Shown here in pieces: positions 1 to 13,781 of a stretch of DNA of 64,000 bases. Positions within the stretch are counted from its first letter, which is position 1, and each line of letters starts with the position of its first letter. The DNA comes from Octopus vulgaris (lineage: Eukaryota). The notes beneath the pieces are model-generated. The model had not been told where the DNA came from. It did no database searches and saw only the letters and a list, made by a program, of their open reading frames with translations. Location of the stretch: contig OX597827.1 in NCBI GenBank assembly GCA_951406725.2, forward strand, positions 7,812,001-7,876,000, in the 5' to 3' direction. The translations under genes were made by a program, and so were the position numbers.

Positions 1-385
1 TCATGCATTGGCCTGCAACCATGCTGGAGCACTGCCTTAAAGGGTTTTTAATTGAACAAATCAACTCCAGTAGCTATTTAAAGTTCGGTACTCATACTAT
101 TATCTCTTTTGCTGAACAACTAAGATATAGGGATGTAAACAAACCAACATCAGTTGTCAAGTGGTAGGGATAGAAACAAATGCAAAGTCACTCATGCACA
201 CACACAAAAGTTTGTACACACATATATGTGATGGGCTTCTTTCAGTTTCCATTGACCAGATCCACTCATAAAGATTTCATAATTTCAGAGCTACAGCAGA
301 AAACACTTGCCCAAATTGCCTCACAGTGGGACTGAACATAAAACCATGTGATTGGGAAGCAAACCTCTTACCACACAGCCATGCA
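1..385 (-). mobile_element. SINE family A, old copy
   Basis: Diverged match to 32187-32595. Confidence 0.8.
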
Positions 386-904
386 CTGCACTGCTGTTTG
401 AAAAATAAGATGAAAATAAAAATACAGATGGTGCCCCAGCATGGCCACACCTCATGAGCTGAAACTAGATCAAATCAAATCCTAAACAATGGCATGGTCA
501 TAGGAACTTGAACACATTTTGATCACTGGTCAGCTTGAACAGTATTAACCTTGGGTTCATTAACAACTTGGTAGAATAGCTATCATTCAAACGTATTTGA
601 TCGTAAATAAAATGCTATAAATAAAAAATTCCAATTAATTACTGCGATGATATCTATTAATTAAGTTCTCTCTCAAAGTACACAACTCTTTGAACTATAT
701 GTTACACAAGTAAACAAAACTTCATAGATAAACTCAATCGGATGCTAAATATTATTACAAGTTCTGAGAAGAAATCTAAGAATTCAGCTGTAAGTAAATT
801 TTAATTTTTTTTTTCCCAATTTTCCAAATACCTATAAAGACAAGTATAAACGTTTGTCCCTTAGCAACATATACTTATCATTTATCATTGACACTCGAAA
901 ATTT

Positions 905-1262
905 ACAGCTGTGGTTGTTGTAGTAAGAAGCTTGCTTCCCAACCACATGGTTCTGGGTTCACTTCCACTGCAGGACACCTTGAGCAGGTGACCTCTACTA
1001 TAGTCTCATGCCAACCAAAGTAGATGGATACTGAAAGAAGCCCATCGAATATATGTGTGTGTGTATGCGTGTCTTTGAGTCTGTGTTCCACACACACACA
1101 CACACACACACAATTGCTTGACAGCCGATTTTGGTGTTTTTACATCCACATAACTTAGCAGTTCAGCAAAAGAGACTGATAGAATAAGTACCAGGTTTAC
1201 AAAGGATAAGTCCCGAGGTTGAATTCTTCAACTAAAACCCTTTAAGGCAGTGCTCCAGCATG
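905..1262 (+). mobile_element. SINE family A, old copy
   Basis: Diverged match to 32187-32595. Confidence 0.8.
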
Positions 1263-2734
1263 TAAAATAAAAAAAGAACTACGAATTAGCTTTGGTAAAT
1301 CTTTAATTTCATGTTGAATGTATGAGCACATAGCATCGATATGACTAAGTGATCTTTTGTTATCTATTAGAGTGCTGAAGTCTCCAAAATATGACATTAG
1401 ATATGGCCTGGTGTTCAGTACAACAGCAGTGGTCAGCAAAAACTACATTGCGTTGAGCATCTATTATAGCAGAGTTGGACAGAATGTGTCCATAGATCTT
1501 TATTTTGTCTAATATTTATACCAGAGATGTTTTGAGTTTTCATGAGAAGTCAGGTGTATGGACCCGGACGAATGTGAAGCTCTTTCATAAACCAGATTGC
1601 AGCAGCACAGAGAAGAATGCTTTCTTCACAAAATTTGGCCATCAAGTATTTTGAAGGCAACAAGGCTGAACATTAGAATGAGGCAAATTGTGAACAAGCT
1701 TATATAAAATAAAATGTGATCTTCTAAAATGATTATATATATTATTAAATAAGTAGAAATGTAGTTAAAATGTATGAATATCACATCTTGAATTCTTTTC
1801 TTGGCTTTAACCATTAGACAGAAGGCGTATTCAGGCAGTATTTAAAAGGTCTCAGTGAATCTTTTCAATCATAGTGCTTATTTTTGTTTGTTTGGCAATT
1901 ATTTCATCAATCTCTCTTTATCAAATTGCTAAGTTATTTTTTTTTTTAACTTAAAAGTATACTATTCAACATACTAGCTTACACTGGTAAAAATAAACAT
2001 ACACACACATTTGTGTTTGCATATGTATATGGGTGCATGTGCATGTGTCTCTATGTATGTCTGTGTGTGTGTCTTAGACAGACATTTAACTTACACACAT
2101 ACATACATATATACATACACACATGCATACAGGTATGCTTGCATACATGCATATACACACAGACACACTCATACATACACACATATATATATATATATAT
2201 TAGAATATATATACACATGTATTATACATATATATATATGTATTAGAATTTTCTCTGATTTTTCAGATTATTGTATGCTAGGCAACTTGTTTTAAATTGA
2301 TGTTAATTAAAGTAATATTAATTTATCTCCCTCATTATTTAAATATATATTTATATATATATATATACATACACACACTCACATACATACATACAATACA
2401 CACTTACATATACAAGTAATCTGTTTGCTATCTTGATGAGATTTGAAGATTCAGTCATATGCAGTCTCTTTCTAAAAATAGATTTTATTTTTTGTTAGTT
2501 AATTTTTTTCCAAACAACAACCATTATATCAAATGCTAAGTACTGGCATGTATTTACCAGATTGACCAACTGTAATAATTCCTAAACTGGATCACTGCCA
2601 ATTGACCAGAAACCTTGAAATGGTTACTCAGTTTAGTAGAAATCCGAGGTTAAATCTTCATCAAGTTACACTCTACTGCTTTGAAATAAGGAAGGACACA
2701 TCGGATAATGTAGTCATAGGTAGACTTTGTCTAA

Positions 2735-3050
2735 TTTCTGGATTCAATCCCACTGTGAGGTATCATAGACAAATATCTTCTACTATAGCCCTGAGCTGAC
2801 CACAGCCTTGTGAGTTGATTTGATTGATGGAAGCTGAAAGAAGCCCATTATGCATATATATGTGTGTGTGTATTTATATCCCTCTCTCTCTCTTTCGGAG
2901 GGGCACAAGCACCTACACGCATATATACATATATACATACACGGCAGTAACTTCCGCCTGCCGAATTCAATCACAAAGCTTTGGTCGGCTCGGGGCTATA
3001 GCGGAAGACACCTACCCAAAGTGCCACACAGTGGGACTGAACCCAAAACC

Positions 3051-3052
<2 letters not shown>
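2735..3052. mobile_element. Two facing SINE A fragments (+ 2735-2855, - 2938-3052)
   Basis: Both match the 5' half of SINE A. Confidence 0.65.
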
Positions 3053-3110
<58 letters not shown>

Positions 3111-3163
3111 CCCCGTCCAACTCATGCTAGCATGAAAACGGATGTTAAGCAATGATGATAATG

Positions 3164-3192
<29 letters not shown>

Positions 3193-3194
<2 letters not shown>

Positions 3195-3725
3195 CCAATT
3201 AAGTGACTGAACACGAAAAGTGGACAGTCAACATGCTAGATATAGACGTCAAATCGTCATTCTCCACAAAAGATTATGTTCTCAGATCAAACTCAACACA
3301 AAACCATAGCAATAAACAAGTGAAAAATATACGAAATAAAATAATTACCCATGTACTAACTTAGTTTCAGCTGTTATTTTCCGCAATTAGTCCAGCAAAT
3401 TACATTTATAACGGACCATGCTGATGATGGCTGCAGTTTTCCTTGCGGAAAATAACAGCTGAAACTAAGTTAGTACATGGGTAATTATTTTATTACGTAT
3501 ATTTTTCACTTGTTTATTGCTATGGTTTTGTGTTGAGTTTGATCTGAGAACATAATCTTTTGTGGAGAATGACGATTTGACGTCTATATCTAGCATGTTG
3601 ACTGTCCACTTTTCGTGTTCAGTCCTTAATTGGTATATATAAATATTTTAATCTTCGGATTCTTTTTTAATATGCTAGACCACTGGTCTTAATTGATAAA
3701 TATCAATTTCTACCCTTAATTAATT
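3193..3725 (+). mobile_element. Penelope-like fold-back element (inverted pLTR-like arms 3193-3386 / 3443-3635)
   Basis: About 193-bp arms; I saw only one mismatch and one 1-nt indel. The hammerhead spans the spacer and right arm. (TA)n on both sides. Confidence 0.8.
3416..3480 (+). ncRNA. Type I hammerhead ribozyme, complete core
   Basis: Stem I CCATG(3416-20)/CATGG(3476-80); core CTGATGA(3421-27) plus T; stem II GGCTG/CAGCT; GAAA(3461-64); stem III ACTAA-G-TTAGT; cleavage triplet GTA (cut after 3475). Confidence 0.88.
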
Positions 3726-3726
3726 T

Positions 3727-3764
<38 letters not shown>

Positions 3765-3924
3765 CGAACGACACACCGGTCTCACGCCATTTCCGCTCCA
3801 CCGGTCACTCCTTGCAACACCTATCTGTGTTCGGTTTGTCCTTACACAGAGGCCATCCGGATTCCCGTTTGTGCCGTGAACAGGAATTAATCTTCTCTCT
3901 TCGCTCTTATACGCCATTTGGTCT

Positions 3925-4225
3925 CAACTCTCCCCCCTCCTCATCTAACCCCCTCTCCCCCCCTCCTCACCTATCCCCCCCGACCCCTACTTCTTCAGTC
4001 CTTCATCCTTTCACCCCTACTCCCCTTCCCTTCTTCCCTCCTTCTCCCTCCCTCCTTCCCTCTTCCCCTTCCCTCTGCTCCCTCACTCCCCTTCTCTCTC
4101 CCCCTCCCCCCTTTCCTCCTTCCTCCCCTCCCCCTTCCTTCTCCCCTCCTCTCCTCTTCCCCCTCTCCTCCCCCTATTCTTCCCCTCCCCTTCTCCCCCT
4201 CTTCTCCCCTCCCCCTCTTCTCCTC
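3925..4225. repeat. Polypyrimidine/polypurine low-complexity tract
   Basis: Almost pure C/T on the + strand. Confidence 0.9.
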
Positions 4226-4268
4226 ACTACACCACACGACTTTACACATCACATCATATATGATGTGC

Positions 4269-4619
4269 CATACTAATACATACACCAACTAATACATACT
4301 AATGCGTACTAATACATACTAATACATACTAATACATACACCAACCCTATATATACACACGTCCAGACCCCTCATACGCACTTATACTCTCTCATACACA
4401 CACACACACACTTATACATACTAATACGTACTAATACGTACTAATACATACTAATACATACACCAACCCCATACATACGCCTGTCCAGACCTATCCTACG
4501 CACTAATACTCTCTCATCACACACACACACACACACACACCCTTATACATACTAATACATACTAATACATACACCAACCCTATACATACACACGTCCAGA
4601 CCCCTCCTACGCACTAATA
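4269..4619 (+). repeat. Nested tandem repeat (TACTAATACA 10-mers within three ~120-bp units)
   Basis: Three copies of tacaccaaccc..gtccagacc..tacgcact, each preceded by 10-mer runs. Confidence 0.85.
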
Positions 4620-4787
4620 GGTGGTCATTCAACCCTATTATCAACCCTATTATCTCCCCTTATTTCGCTCTCGCGTCTCATGTTTGATCTTTGACTTCTG
4701 GCCGAAATCAGATCGCCATGTTGATTCGTTAGTTACTGCACGCATTTTTTTCTCTCCTTCTTTCTCTGTTTTTTTTCTCTCTGTGTA

Positions 4788-4825
4788 TCTTTCTGTTGAA
4801 GAGTGTAGGCTCGAAACGTTAAAGA
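4788..4825 (+). ncRNA. Minimal type I hammerhead-like motif, variant core
   Basis: TCTTT-CTGTTGA-A-GAG(tgtagg)CTC-GAAACGT-T-AAAGA: 5-bp stem I, 3-bp stem II, palindromic ACGT stem III. A6 is replaced by U. Confidence 0.6.
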
Positions 4826-4922
4826 CTTGTTTTATTTATATTTCCTGAGTGCCATACTAATACAATTGTTTGTTTGTTTTCCACCTGCCTTCGTCTTTTG
4901 TCTATTTTCATAAAGCTTCCCG

Positions 4923-5111
<189 letters not shown>

Positions 5112-5766
5112 CATTTGTCCTTGTGTCTCCTTGTCTTGACATAGTGTGATAATTTTAAACGAGCATCATCATGATTGCATACTGTGCCATTTATTTTGGG
5201 TTTCTGTGAAAATTAAGCCAGGTTACAGAGAGACACAACTTGGCTTGGAAACAGCTCATGATTAAACAACAACAGAAAATCAGTGAAAAACAGGGCAGAA
5301 TTGGTAAAATTAGCAAAACTGATAGAAAGTAAGCGAACTGACATTTTTGGTGTGTATAAATATATTTAGAGGGAATGTTTCAATTAGAAAGATTACAGAA
5401 AAGCATCACAGTCAATTCTTCTACATATATAATAATAATAATAATAATGGCAGTGATGGAGTTTTAGGTGTATTGATAAATAGCTGAATGTTTGAAAATG
5501 TAATCAGTATAGAAAATGTGATACCATTTAAGTGTTGTCAGACAACATTGGAAAGAGTGGGAAAAAATATCTATAGTTTTGTTCATACACATGCACACTT
5601 CTGATATCCAACCCATAAAGAGAGGATTAGCAATTGTAGATAAAGTTGTTTTATAACAATCATGGGGAAACCAATTAGAAAGATGATGAGGGATAAGATA
5701 ATCGTAAAAGAAGATTTCAAAGGCTGCTTTGCTGATTGACTGGTGTAGTTTAAATGAAGGGGAATG

Positions 5767-5817
<51 letters not shown>

Positions 5818-5926
5818 TAGATATGATACATAGCACTGGCAAAATCAAGGTATTGGGAAGAAGTTTTGATAATTTCTGACTGAGATATTGAAATGTCACA
5901 TACAGTAATCTATTTGTGTGTGTGTG

Positions 5927-6010
<84 letters not shown>

Positions 6011-7548
6011 TATGCATATATATATATATACATATATATACATATATATACATATATGTACATATATATAAATATATACATATATATACATATATGCATA
6101 TATATACATATACATATATATATTTATATATGTGTGCATGTAAATGTGAATACATGTATGTATAGATATGTGTATATATGTATTTGTGTGTGTGTGTATA
6201 TACATGTAGATATATGTTTATGTATGTGTGTGTGGGTGGGTGTGGGCTTAAATGTTTATATATATATTTACATGTATATGTCTATTTACATATGCATATA
6301 CATAATCTTATATGTATGCATGTATGTATGGTGTATGTGGGTTGAGAATGATAAAGCAATCATGGTATAGATATTCATAGAATAGTGCTCAGATAAATGA
6401 AAACTTAAATTCTAACTCTTTCAGGCAGAGCAGGTGCATATGCTGTAGAATGTCAGTTATAAAAGCAATCCTCATCAAGTGATTATGGATGCAAAAAGCC
6501 AATAAACGCAAGTAGGTTTGATGAATGTATTTACATGGAATACAAAATAAAGTACACAAAATAAACAAAAGGAATTTTGTAAAAGTCTCATCTTGACAGC
6601 TGTTTCAGGTGAACCATAGCTTATGTCATAACCACCTCAATTACATAACAAAGACCCTTTATATCATTAGGTATATGGAATAATATGAGTTCCTATGAAT
6701 AGAAAGAAAAGAAACTTCAGGATACCTTCTAATTTCCGCTTGAATGCAATTGCTGTGGATATAATATAGTTTATAAGTGCACAGTCCTTGACAAACAACA
6801 AAACTCCCCTAAAATATTTAACAGTGTCTCAGTTAACTTTAATCTTTGATTTTTAGCTCACCTTAGCTAATTTCCTGAAGCCAAATACAATAATGCTACA
6901 TCACTAGCAAACCACATTCACAACCTAAGTGATAATAACATTTTTATTGCACTACTTGGTCTGTCATCAGTCCAGGAAACCATATTTAAAAAGTAGTGCT
7001 TATTACTATCTATATTTAAAAGGGTTGATTGGAATCTTAAAACATAACCCCCATTACCTATTGAATCACAAGAGCAATGCTATTACTAATTGTGATTTTT
7101 GATTCTTGAAAACTTTTCAATTTTACCAGAGATCTAAATGTCAGGCTTCAACTGGATCCATGCAAATCTCTACCAACTGACTACTAGCTTCCTTAACTCA
7201 CTAAATAACTAAAATCCTTTATATGCTTCCTACATCAGATTATATTCAATCATTATTTTCCTAGCTGCGTTTTTTGATTCCTTAACACACTAATGTACCA
7301 CACAGTTTATTTGAACTCTTTACATTAAATTGTTCTCAGTTGTATTCCTGTCTACATTTCTTGATATCTTTAAGACACACATATATAAATACATATATAT
7401 ACATGCATATACATATATACACATATATACATGCATATATATTATATGTATACATATATATAATGATAATAATATTAGGGAATATGACTCCAAACTTACA
7501 GGGAAAATATCAATTTAGTAATACTAGATCAAATTTCACAGTATATAA

Positions 7549-7810
7549 TACATGTATATAAATTAGAGAAGAACCACCATGTAGCAATTCAACAATGATA
7601 TACTTAAATCATACCATATAGAAAAAAATTAAAGATACGATATAACATTTACCAAGAACTAAATAAAGTATGAAATAATAAATATACTATTATTTCATAC
7701 TTTATTTAGTTCTAGGTAAATGTTTTATTGTATCTTTAATTTTTTTCTTTATGGTATGATTTCAGTATATCATTGTTGAATTGCTACATGGTGGTTCTTG
7801 TCTAATTTAT

Positions 7811-7820
<10 letters not shown>
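7549..7820. mobile_element. Fold-back element (about 132-bp arms, 7-nt loop), probably a Penelope-like 3' end
   Basis: 7549-7680 is the reverse complement of 7688-7820, with scattered mismatches. Terminus ggtggttcttgtctaattt(at)n resembles the terminus of the hammerhead-bearing element at 35.2 kb. Confidence 0.7.
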
Positions 7821-7851
<31 letters not shown>

Positions 7852-8055
7852 AACATACAAACGTGTGTGCATGTAAAATATATTAAGCATTTACTTTTAC
7901 TATATATTACTATATTCACTATAAAATATTTTACTATGTTTATTTACTGTATGTAACAAATTAAAACATAGCCTACAGTATATGAAGGCAAATCTCTAAA
8001 TTCTCTCACTTGTAATTCTTCTTTCTTCATCTATTTAAACCTGCAATGTTCCCCA

Positions 8056-8089
8056 ATGCTTATTAATTTAACAAACCTCAGCTATTTGT

Positions 8090-8123
<34 letters not shown>

Positions 8124-8129
8124 TATTTG

Positions 8130-8178
<49 letters not shown>

Positions 8179-8185
8179 ACAAATA

Positions 8186-8234
<49 letters not shown>

Positions 8235-8238
8235 AATA

Positions 8239-8270
<32 letters not shown>

Positions 8271-8304
8271 ACAAATAGCTGAGGTTTGTTAAATTAATAA
8301 GCAT
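8056..8304. repeat. (TA)n-centred palindromic duplication
   Basis: atgcttattaatttaacaaacctcagctatttgtt and its exact reverse complement flank TA arrays. Confidence 0.9.
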
Positions 8305-8320
8305 ATATATATATATGTAT

Positions 8321-8740
8321 ACTCTTTCACTCTTTTACTCTTTTACTTGTTTCAGTCATTTGACTGCGGCCATGCTGGAACACCGCCTTTAGTCGAGCAA
8401 ATCGACCCCAGGACTTATTCTTTGTAAGCCCAGTACTTATTCTATCGGTCTCTTTTTTTGCCGAACCGCTAAGTGACGGGGACATAAACACACCAGCATC
8501 GGTTGTCAAGCAATGCTAGGGGACAAACACACTCACACAAACACACACACGTATATATATACATATATACATATATACGACGGGCTTCTTTCAGTTTCCG
8601 TCTACCAAATCCACTCACAAGGCTTTGGTTGGCCCGAGGTTATAGTAGAAGACACTTTCCCAAAGTGCAATGCTGTGGGACTGAACCCGGAACCTTGTGG
8701 TTGGTAAACAAGCTACTTACCACACAGCCACTCCTGCGCC
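8321..8740 (-). mobile_element. SINE family A, full length
   Basis: Reverse complement of GGCGCAGGAGTGGCTGTGTGGTAAG...(AAGAGTAA)n. Confidence 0.93.
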
Positions 8741-9539
8741 TATATATATATATAAATATACAGTATCATGGCTGCTATTTTATGAGAAAACTAGACCTTC
8801 TAATATTTCTCTTATCTCAAATGTTATGCCTGTAAATCACAGGCATAAAGGCTACAACTCAACATTTACTGAAAGAAGAAAAAAACAAAGAAAAAATCTA
8901 GGGAATCAAATGATAAGTGTGCCTTTACTGAAACATGTAAAGAAAGGAAGGGTCACAGTTGATTGTTGATTTGCTGAAATGGATCACAATGATAAGAGGT
9001 TTGGGAATATCAGAATAGAGAAAAGCAATAATGATTCTGATGTTGATAAAGGATATGACATGATGATGATGATGACAATGGTGATATTGGTGATGATGAT
9101 GAGGAGGATAGTAATGTTGAAAATGAAGATAATTATCATTGGCTACAAACAATTATAATGATGGGTGTGATATCCATGGCAATGATAGTGATAACATCAA
9201 TTTCAATGATTCTTGCTAAGTGTAAAGATGACAACAAAATAATGACTATAATTGGAATTTAAATAAATAATAAAAATTTATGTATTTTTAGCCCTTGGTC
9301 AGTTCTCATTAAGGAAACCTAGAACTATGATCAAAAACATTTCAGTGATGACCATCCTAGCTTGTTTACAAGGATAATGGGACATTATGTCTAGGACTAC
9401 ATTATCAGACATTACTTTCTTTAATTCAAAACTGGAGAGTGTAATTTCAAGGTGACATGACTGTAATTTCTAGCATTGTGGATGTCCACATAGAGCTTCT
9501 TTTGTTGGCGTAAGTGATTTAAAAATTTTTTTTTTAATT

Positions 9540-9905
9540 TTCACTTGTTCAGCCATTGGACTGTAGCCATGCCAAGGTACTGCCTGAAAGGGTTTAGTTG
9601 AATAAATCGATCCCAGTACATATTTTTAAGTTTGGCATTTATTTTATTGCTCTCATTTGCTGAACTGCTAAGTTACAGAAACATAAACAAACCAACACTA
9701 GTTTCCAAGCAGTAGATGTGGGCAAACACACACACATACTCTTTCTCTCTCTCTCAAACACACACACATTTAAAGCAGTCTTCTACACAGTTTCCATCTA
9801 CCAAATTCATTCCCAAGGCATTGGACATTCTGTAACTTAGAAGACATTTGCTTATGTAGTGGGACTGAACCCAAAACCTAGTGGTTGCAAAGCCTCTTAA
9901 CGACA
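9540..9905 (-). mobile_element. SINE family A, old copy
   Basis: Diverged match to family A. Confidence 0.7.
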
Positions 9906-10289
9906 TAGCAAAAGTTTTGGAACTCAATTCATAATTAATAAGGAAAGAAAATTTTGCATGCAACCATATAAAATCTATTATTTACCAAGATGTTGGACAT
10001 GCTTCAAAGCTTAAAAGCCATCTTAATTTTGCTAAATAATTTTTCTGACTCCTTTTCAGTAGTTACAGTCCCAATCCAATTCCATGAGTGACACAGAATC
10101 GGAATAACTCAAAAAACGTGGCTGCTACTTATTTTACAGACTCTAACTGGAATCGAACGTCAAACAAAACCAGACAAAACTAATGCTACAAAGCATTTTG
10201 TTCGCTACTCAGTCACTTGTTCTGTCAATTTACTGGTCTCAGAAAGAATTAGTTATATGGGCTTCAAATTTGGGCACAAAACCAGTAAT

Positions 10290-10465
10290 TTCAGAGAGGG
10301 GTTAATTTGCTTACATCGACCCCAGTACTCAACTGGTACATATTTTATTGATGATGAAAGGATGTAAAGCAAAGTCGACATTGGTAGAATCTGAACTTAG
10401 AATGTAAAGACATATCAAATGCTGCTAAGCATTTTGTCTGGCATGCTCTACTAGCTCACTGCCTT
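10290..10465 (-). mobile_element. SINE family B, old copy
   Basis: Diverged match; similar relics near 28040-28140 and 54800-54940. Confidence 0.7.
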
Positions 10466-10479
10466 AGAAGGAATTAATA

Positions 10480-11036
10480 TTGGGTTGTCCGGAAAGTTCG
10501 TGCCGATTTATAGTAGCTTACATTTTGACTTATGGTTGAGTCCATAAAATAGGATTTGACCTACACCTCCATTTAGAGCACAGTTTAAGCTGTCTTTTCA
10601 TGGAAGAAGGTTTATGTTCCTTTAACCTGTGTTAATTCTGTAACCCTTTAAAATGGAAGATAAGAAAGTTCATTTTCAGCACTTGATGCTTTGGGAACCA
10701 GACAAAAATTGCTGCAGCTCGACTGGGATGCGTTACCCTACCCTCCATATTCACCAGATATTGCTCCTTCAGATTTCCACTTATTCAGGTCTCTGCAGAA
10801 TAGTCTTAATGGTAAAAATTTCAATTTCTTGGATGACATAAAAAAATACCTTGATGAATTCTTTGCCATGAAACCCCCTCAATTCTGGGAAGAGGGTATT
10901 TTCAAGTTAAAGGAAAGATGGAGACGCATTGTGCAACAAAATGGTTTATATTTGGTCGATTAAAAATGTAATGGCAAGCATTTATTGACCTTTTTCTTTC
11001 CTTTAAAAATTGGCACGAACTTTCCAGACAACCCAA
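10480..11036 (+). mobile_element. Internally deleted mariner (557 bp)
   Basis: TIRs TTGGGTTGTCCGGAAAGTTCGTGCCGATTT / AAATTGGCACGAACTTTCCAGACAACCCAA with TA flanks. Transposase start MEDKKVHFQHLMLWE is joined to a C-terminus containing YSPDIAPSDFHLF. Confidence 0.95.
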
Positions 11037-12036
11037 TAATATTAAGCATGTTTGATCATATCTATGACTATTTGGACTCTCTACTTAAGAGATTGATAGG
11101 GTCTTTTTCCTCTTAGCCAGCTTAGGATTCTCTATATTTTGTACATAAACTATGAAATGTTTATATGCACGTCTCTCAGAGTTTGGTGTTGGGTTGCAGC
11201 CATTAGTGTATATGCATCTGTATATGCATATGTGTGTGTGTATTTAATTATATATTCCTTCCTACCCTCTTCTCTTCACATCTCACGATCTCTCACACAC
11301 GCACAATTTCACATTCTCTGTTGATCATGAATATGTCATAGGGTTCATGAACCTTATAAATCATAAATAGAAAGAAGCACAGTAACATATATGTGTGCAA
11401 AAGGACAAGCTTTGTCTCTCTTTGTCTCTCTCTCTCTCTCTCAAACACACACATAAAACATACATCCATACACATTATTCACTTGTAGACATACCAATGT
11501 GTGCCCATATAAATATATGTGTATGCATATATAATTGAGAAACCAGATTTAGATCTTGCCATGATGATGCTATCATAAATTAAACCTTAAACTGGCTATG
11601 TTACCCCGCAGATTTCAATCAAATCAATTTTTTTTGTCTACGCTTATTTTGTTTACTTCTTTTATTTCTCTCAGTAATTATGTTCAGCTAGAATATAATT
11701 AAATTTCAGTTCCATAACATTAGACATTAAATTTAAATTAAATCGAAATTGGCCACATTTATTGAAATTTATCAAACAATCAAGAAGAATTTTAGACACA
11801 GCTGTTGTGAATGATAACAATATTTTTGAAACTCTGTTTATTTTCCCATCTTTCTCTACTAAATACACTTGTAATGTTTCCATTGTTATTATTCAATTAT
11901 TTCGAAACAGAGATAACACTGTACATAGTAATTTCAACATATATGTGTTAATGTTCACACATATAGAAATCCACTGATTAGAACATGCATTTAACATCAT
12001 GCATTGATATTATATTCAAGTAACACTTTGAAAAGT

Positions 12037-12275
12037 GTGTGTTTGTGTGTGAGTATGTGTTTTTGTGAATGCACGTATGTGTATGAATATATATACGCAT
12101 ACACACACGTGTGTCTGTATTTGGCTGAGTGTATATATGTGTCTGTACGTATCTGTGTGTTTGTGTGTGAGTATGTGTTTTTGTGAATGCATGTATGTGT
12201 ATGAATATATATATGCATACATGCATGTGTGTGTATTTGGTTCAGTGTATATATGTGTCTGTATGTATCTGTGTG
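12037..12275. repeat. Tandem duplication of ~118 bp in a TG-rich region
   Basis: gtgagtatgtgtttttgtgaatgca...ttgg.t.agtgtatatatgtgtctgta occurs twice. Confidence 0.85.
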
Positions 12276-13601
12276 TGTGTGTGTGTGGGTGGGTGTTTAC
12301 CTTCACATAATCACAATAACAAATAATACTTCACACACAGGCAATATTTGCATAGAAACGTACGATAACTATTGCTGTTTAAGCCTACATTTATGTGTAT
12401 GCATAAATACATACATTGCAGTATAAAAACTATTAGTATATGAATGTTTATATATGTATATATATGTGTGTGCGTGTGTGTGTGTGTACATACATTAGTG
12501 TATGAGAATGATTCGGCTTTTGCCAGCCTCTTTAGGTCAGTTCATTGTCAACGTGCGTGAACATTATTTCATGCATGTATTCATTACATTCTCATTCAGT
12601 GCGGAATTTTGCGTTAACCGACCTATTACATTAACATTTCCATTGAAGTCACCTATGCATTTACCAACATCACACACAATATAAGAACACTCACTGCAAA
12701 ATGTTACACAATATACATCGCTTATGGGCTCTCTTCACTGAATAATTAGCTAGAGTTTTACATACTTTACCAATTTCCTTTTATAGCTACATGTCTTCAT
12801 GTAGCCATAGACCAAATGTTGCAATATGTTTTACTTAAAATATAAACATTCTTGCATTATTTCACCACACACACACACACTTAACTTGTACAGAAAACAG
12901 AAGTCAGCCTCACATAAACACTTCATAAAAAGTGATATAACAGCTATGTCAAACATGCCAATGCCTCAGATCCAGAAAAATTATACCAAAAGAAAAGGGG
13001 AAAAAAAAATCCATGGTAAAAAAAAAAACCCTGTAACAAACAAACAAATATTCTTGAAAAATCAGTTAGAATTGCTTGTATACAAGGTTTCAAGTGATCT
13101 GGATGATTACTGGAAAGTAAACAAAAACACAGTGCTCCTCCTTACAGCCAGATTATGTATCGTACGATCCCTAGGCAATTAAATTCCTAGAAAAGAAATC
13201 TCTTTTCTCAACAAAATTTTAATTCTTCTGTTATTGATTTGTCTCATAATCTTCATGCAAAACACTAGACATTCAAACTAAATATTACACACACACACAA
13301 ACACACATACACACAGGCATGTGTGTGTGTGTTTGTGTATATATGTGAGTGTTTCTCTGTGTGTGTGTATGTGTGTGTGTATAATATATGTATGTGTATA
13401 TATATATACATATCATCATCATCATCATCATCATCATCGTTTAACGTGATGATGATGATGATATGTATATATATATGTGTGTATAATATATATATACATA
13501 TATATACATATATATATATATATGTACACACATACATATGTGTGTGTGCATGTGTGTGTGCATATGTGTGTGCGTGTGTATATATACATACATAACCACA
13601 A

Positions 13602-13649
13602 ACTTTGACATTTGCATTTACATATTCACATATGATACATACATATATA

Positions 13650-13693
<44 letters not shown>

Positions 13694-13741
13694 TATATAT
13701 GTATGTATCATATGTGAATATGTAAATGCAAATGTCAAAGT
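13602..13741. repeat. (TA)n-centred palindromic duplication
   Basis: actttgacatttgcatttacatattcacatatgatacatac and its exact reverse complement. Confidence 0.9.
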
Positions 13742-13746
13742 ATATG

Positions 13747-13781
<35 letters not shown>

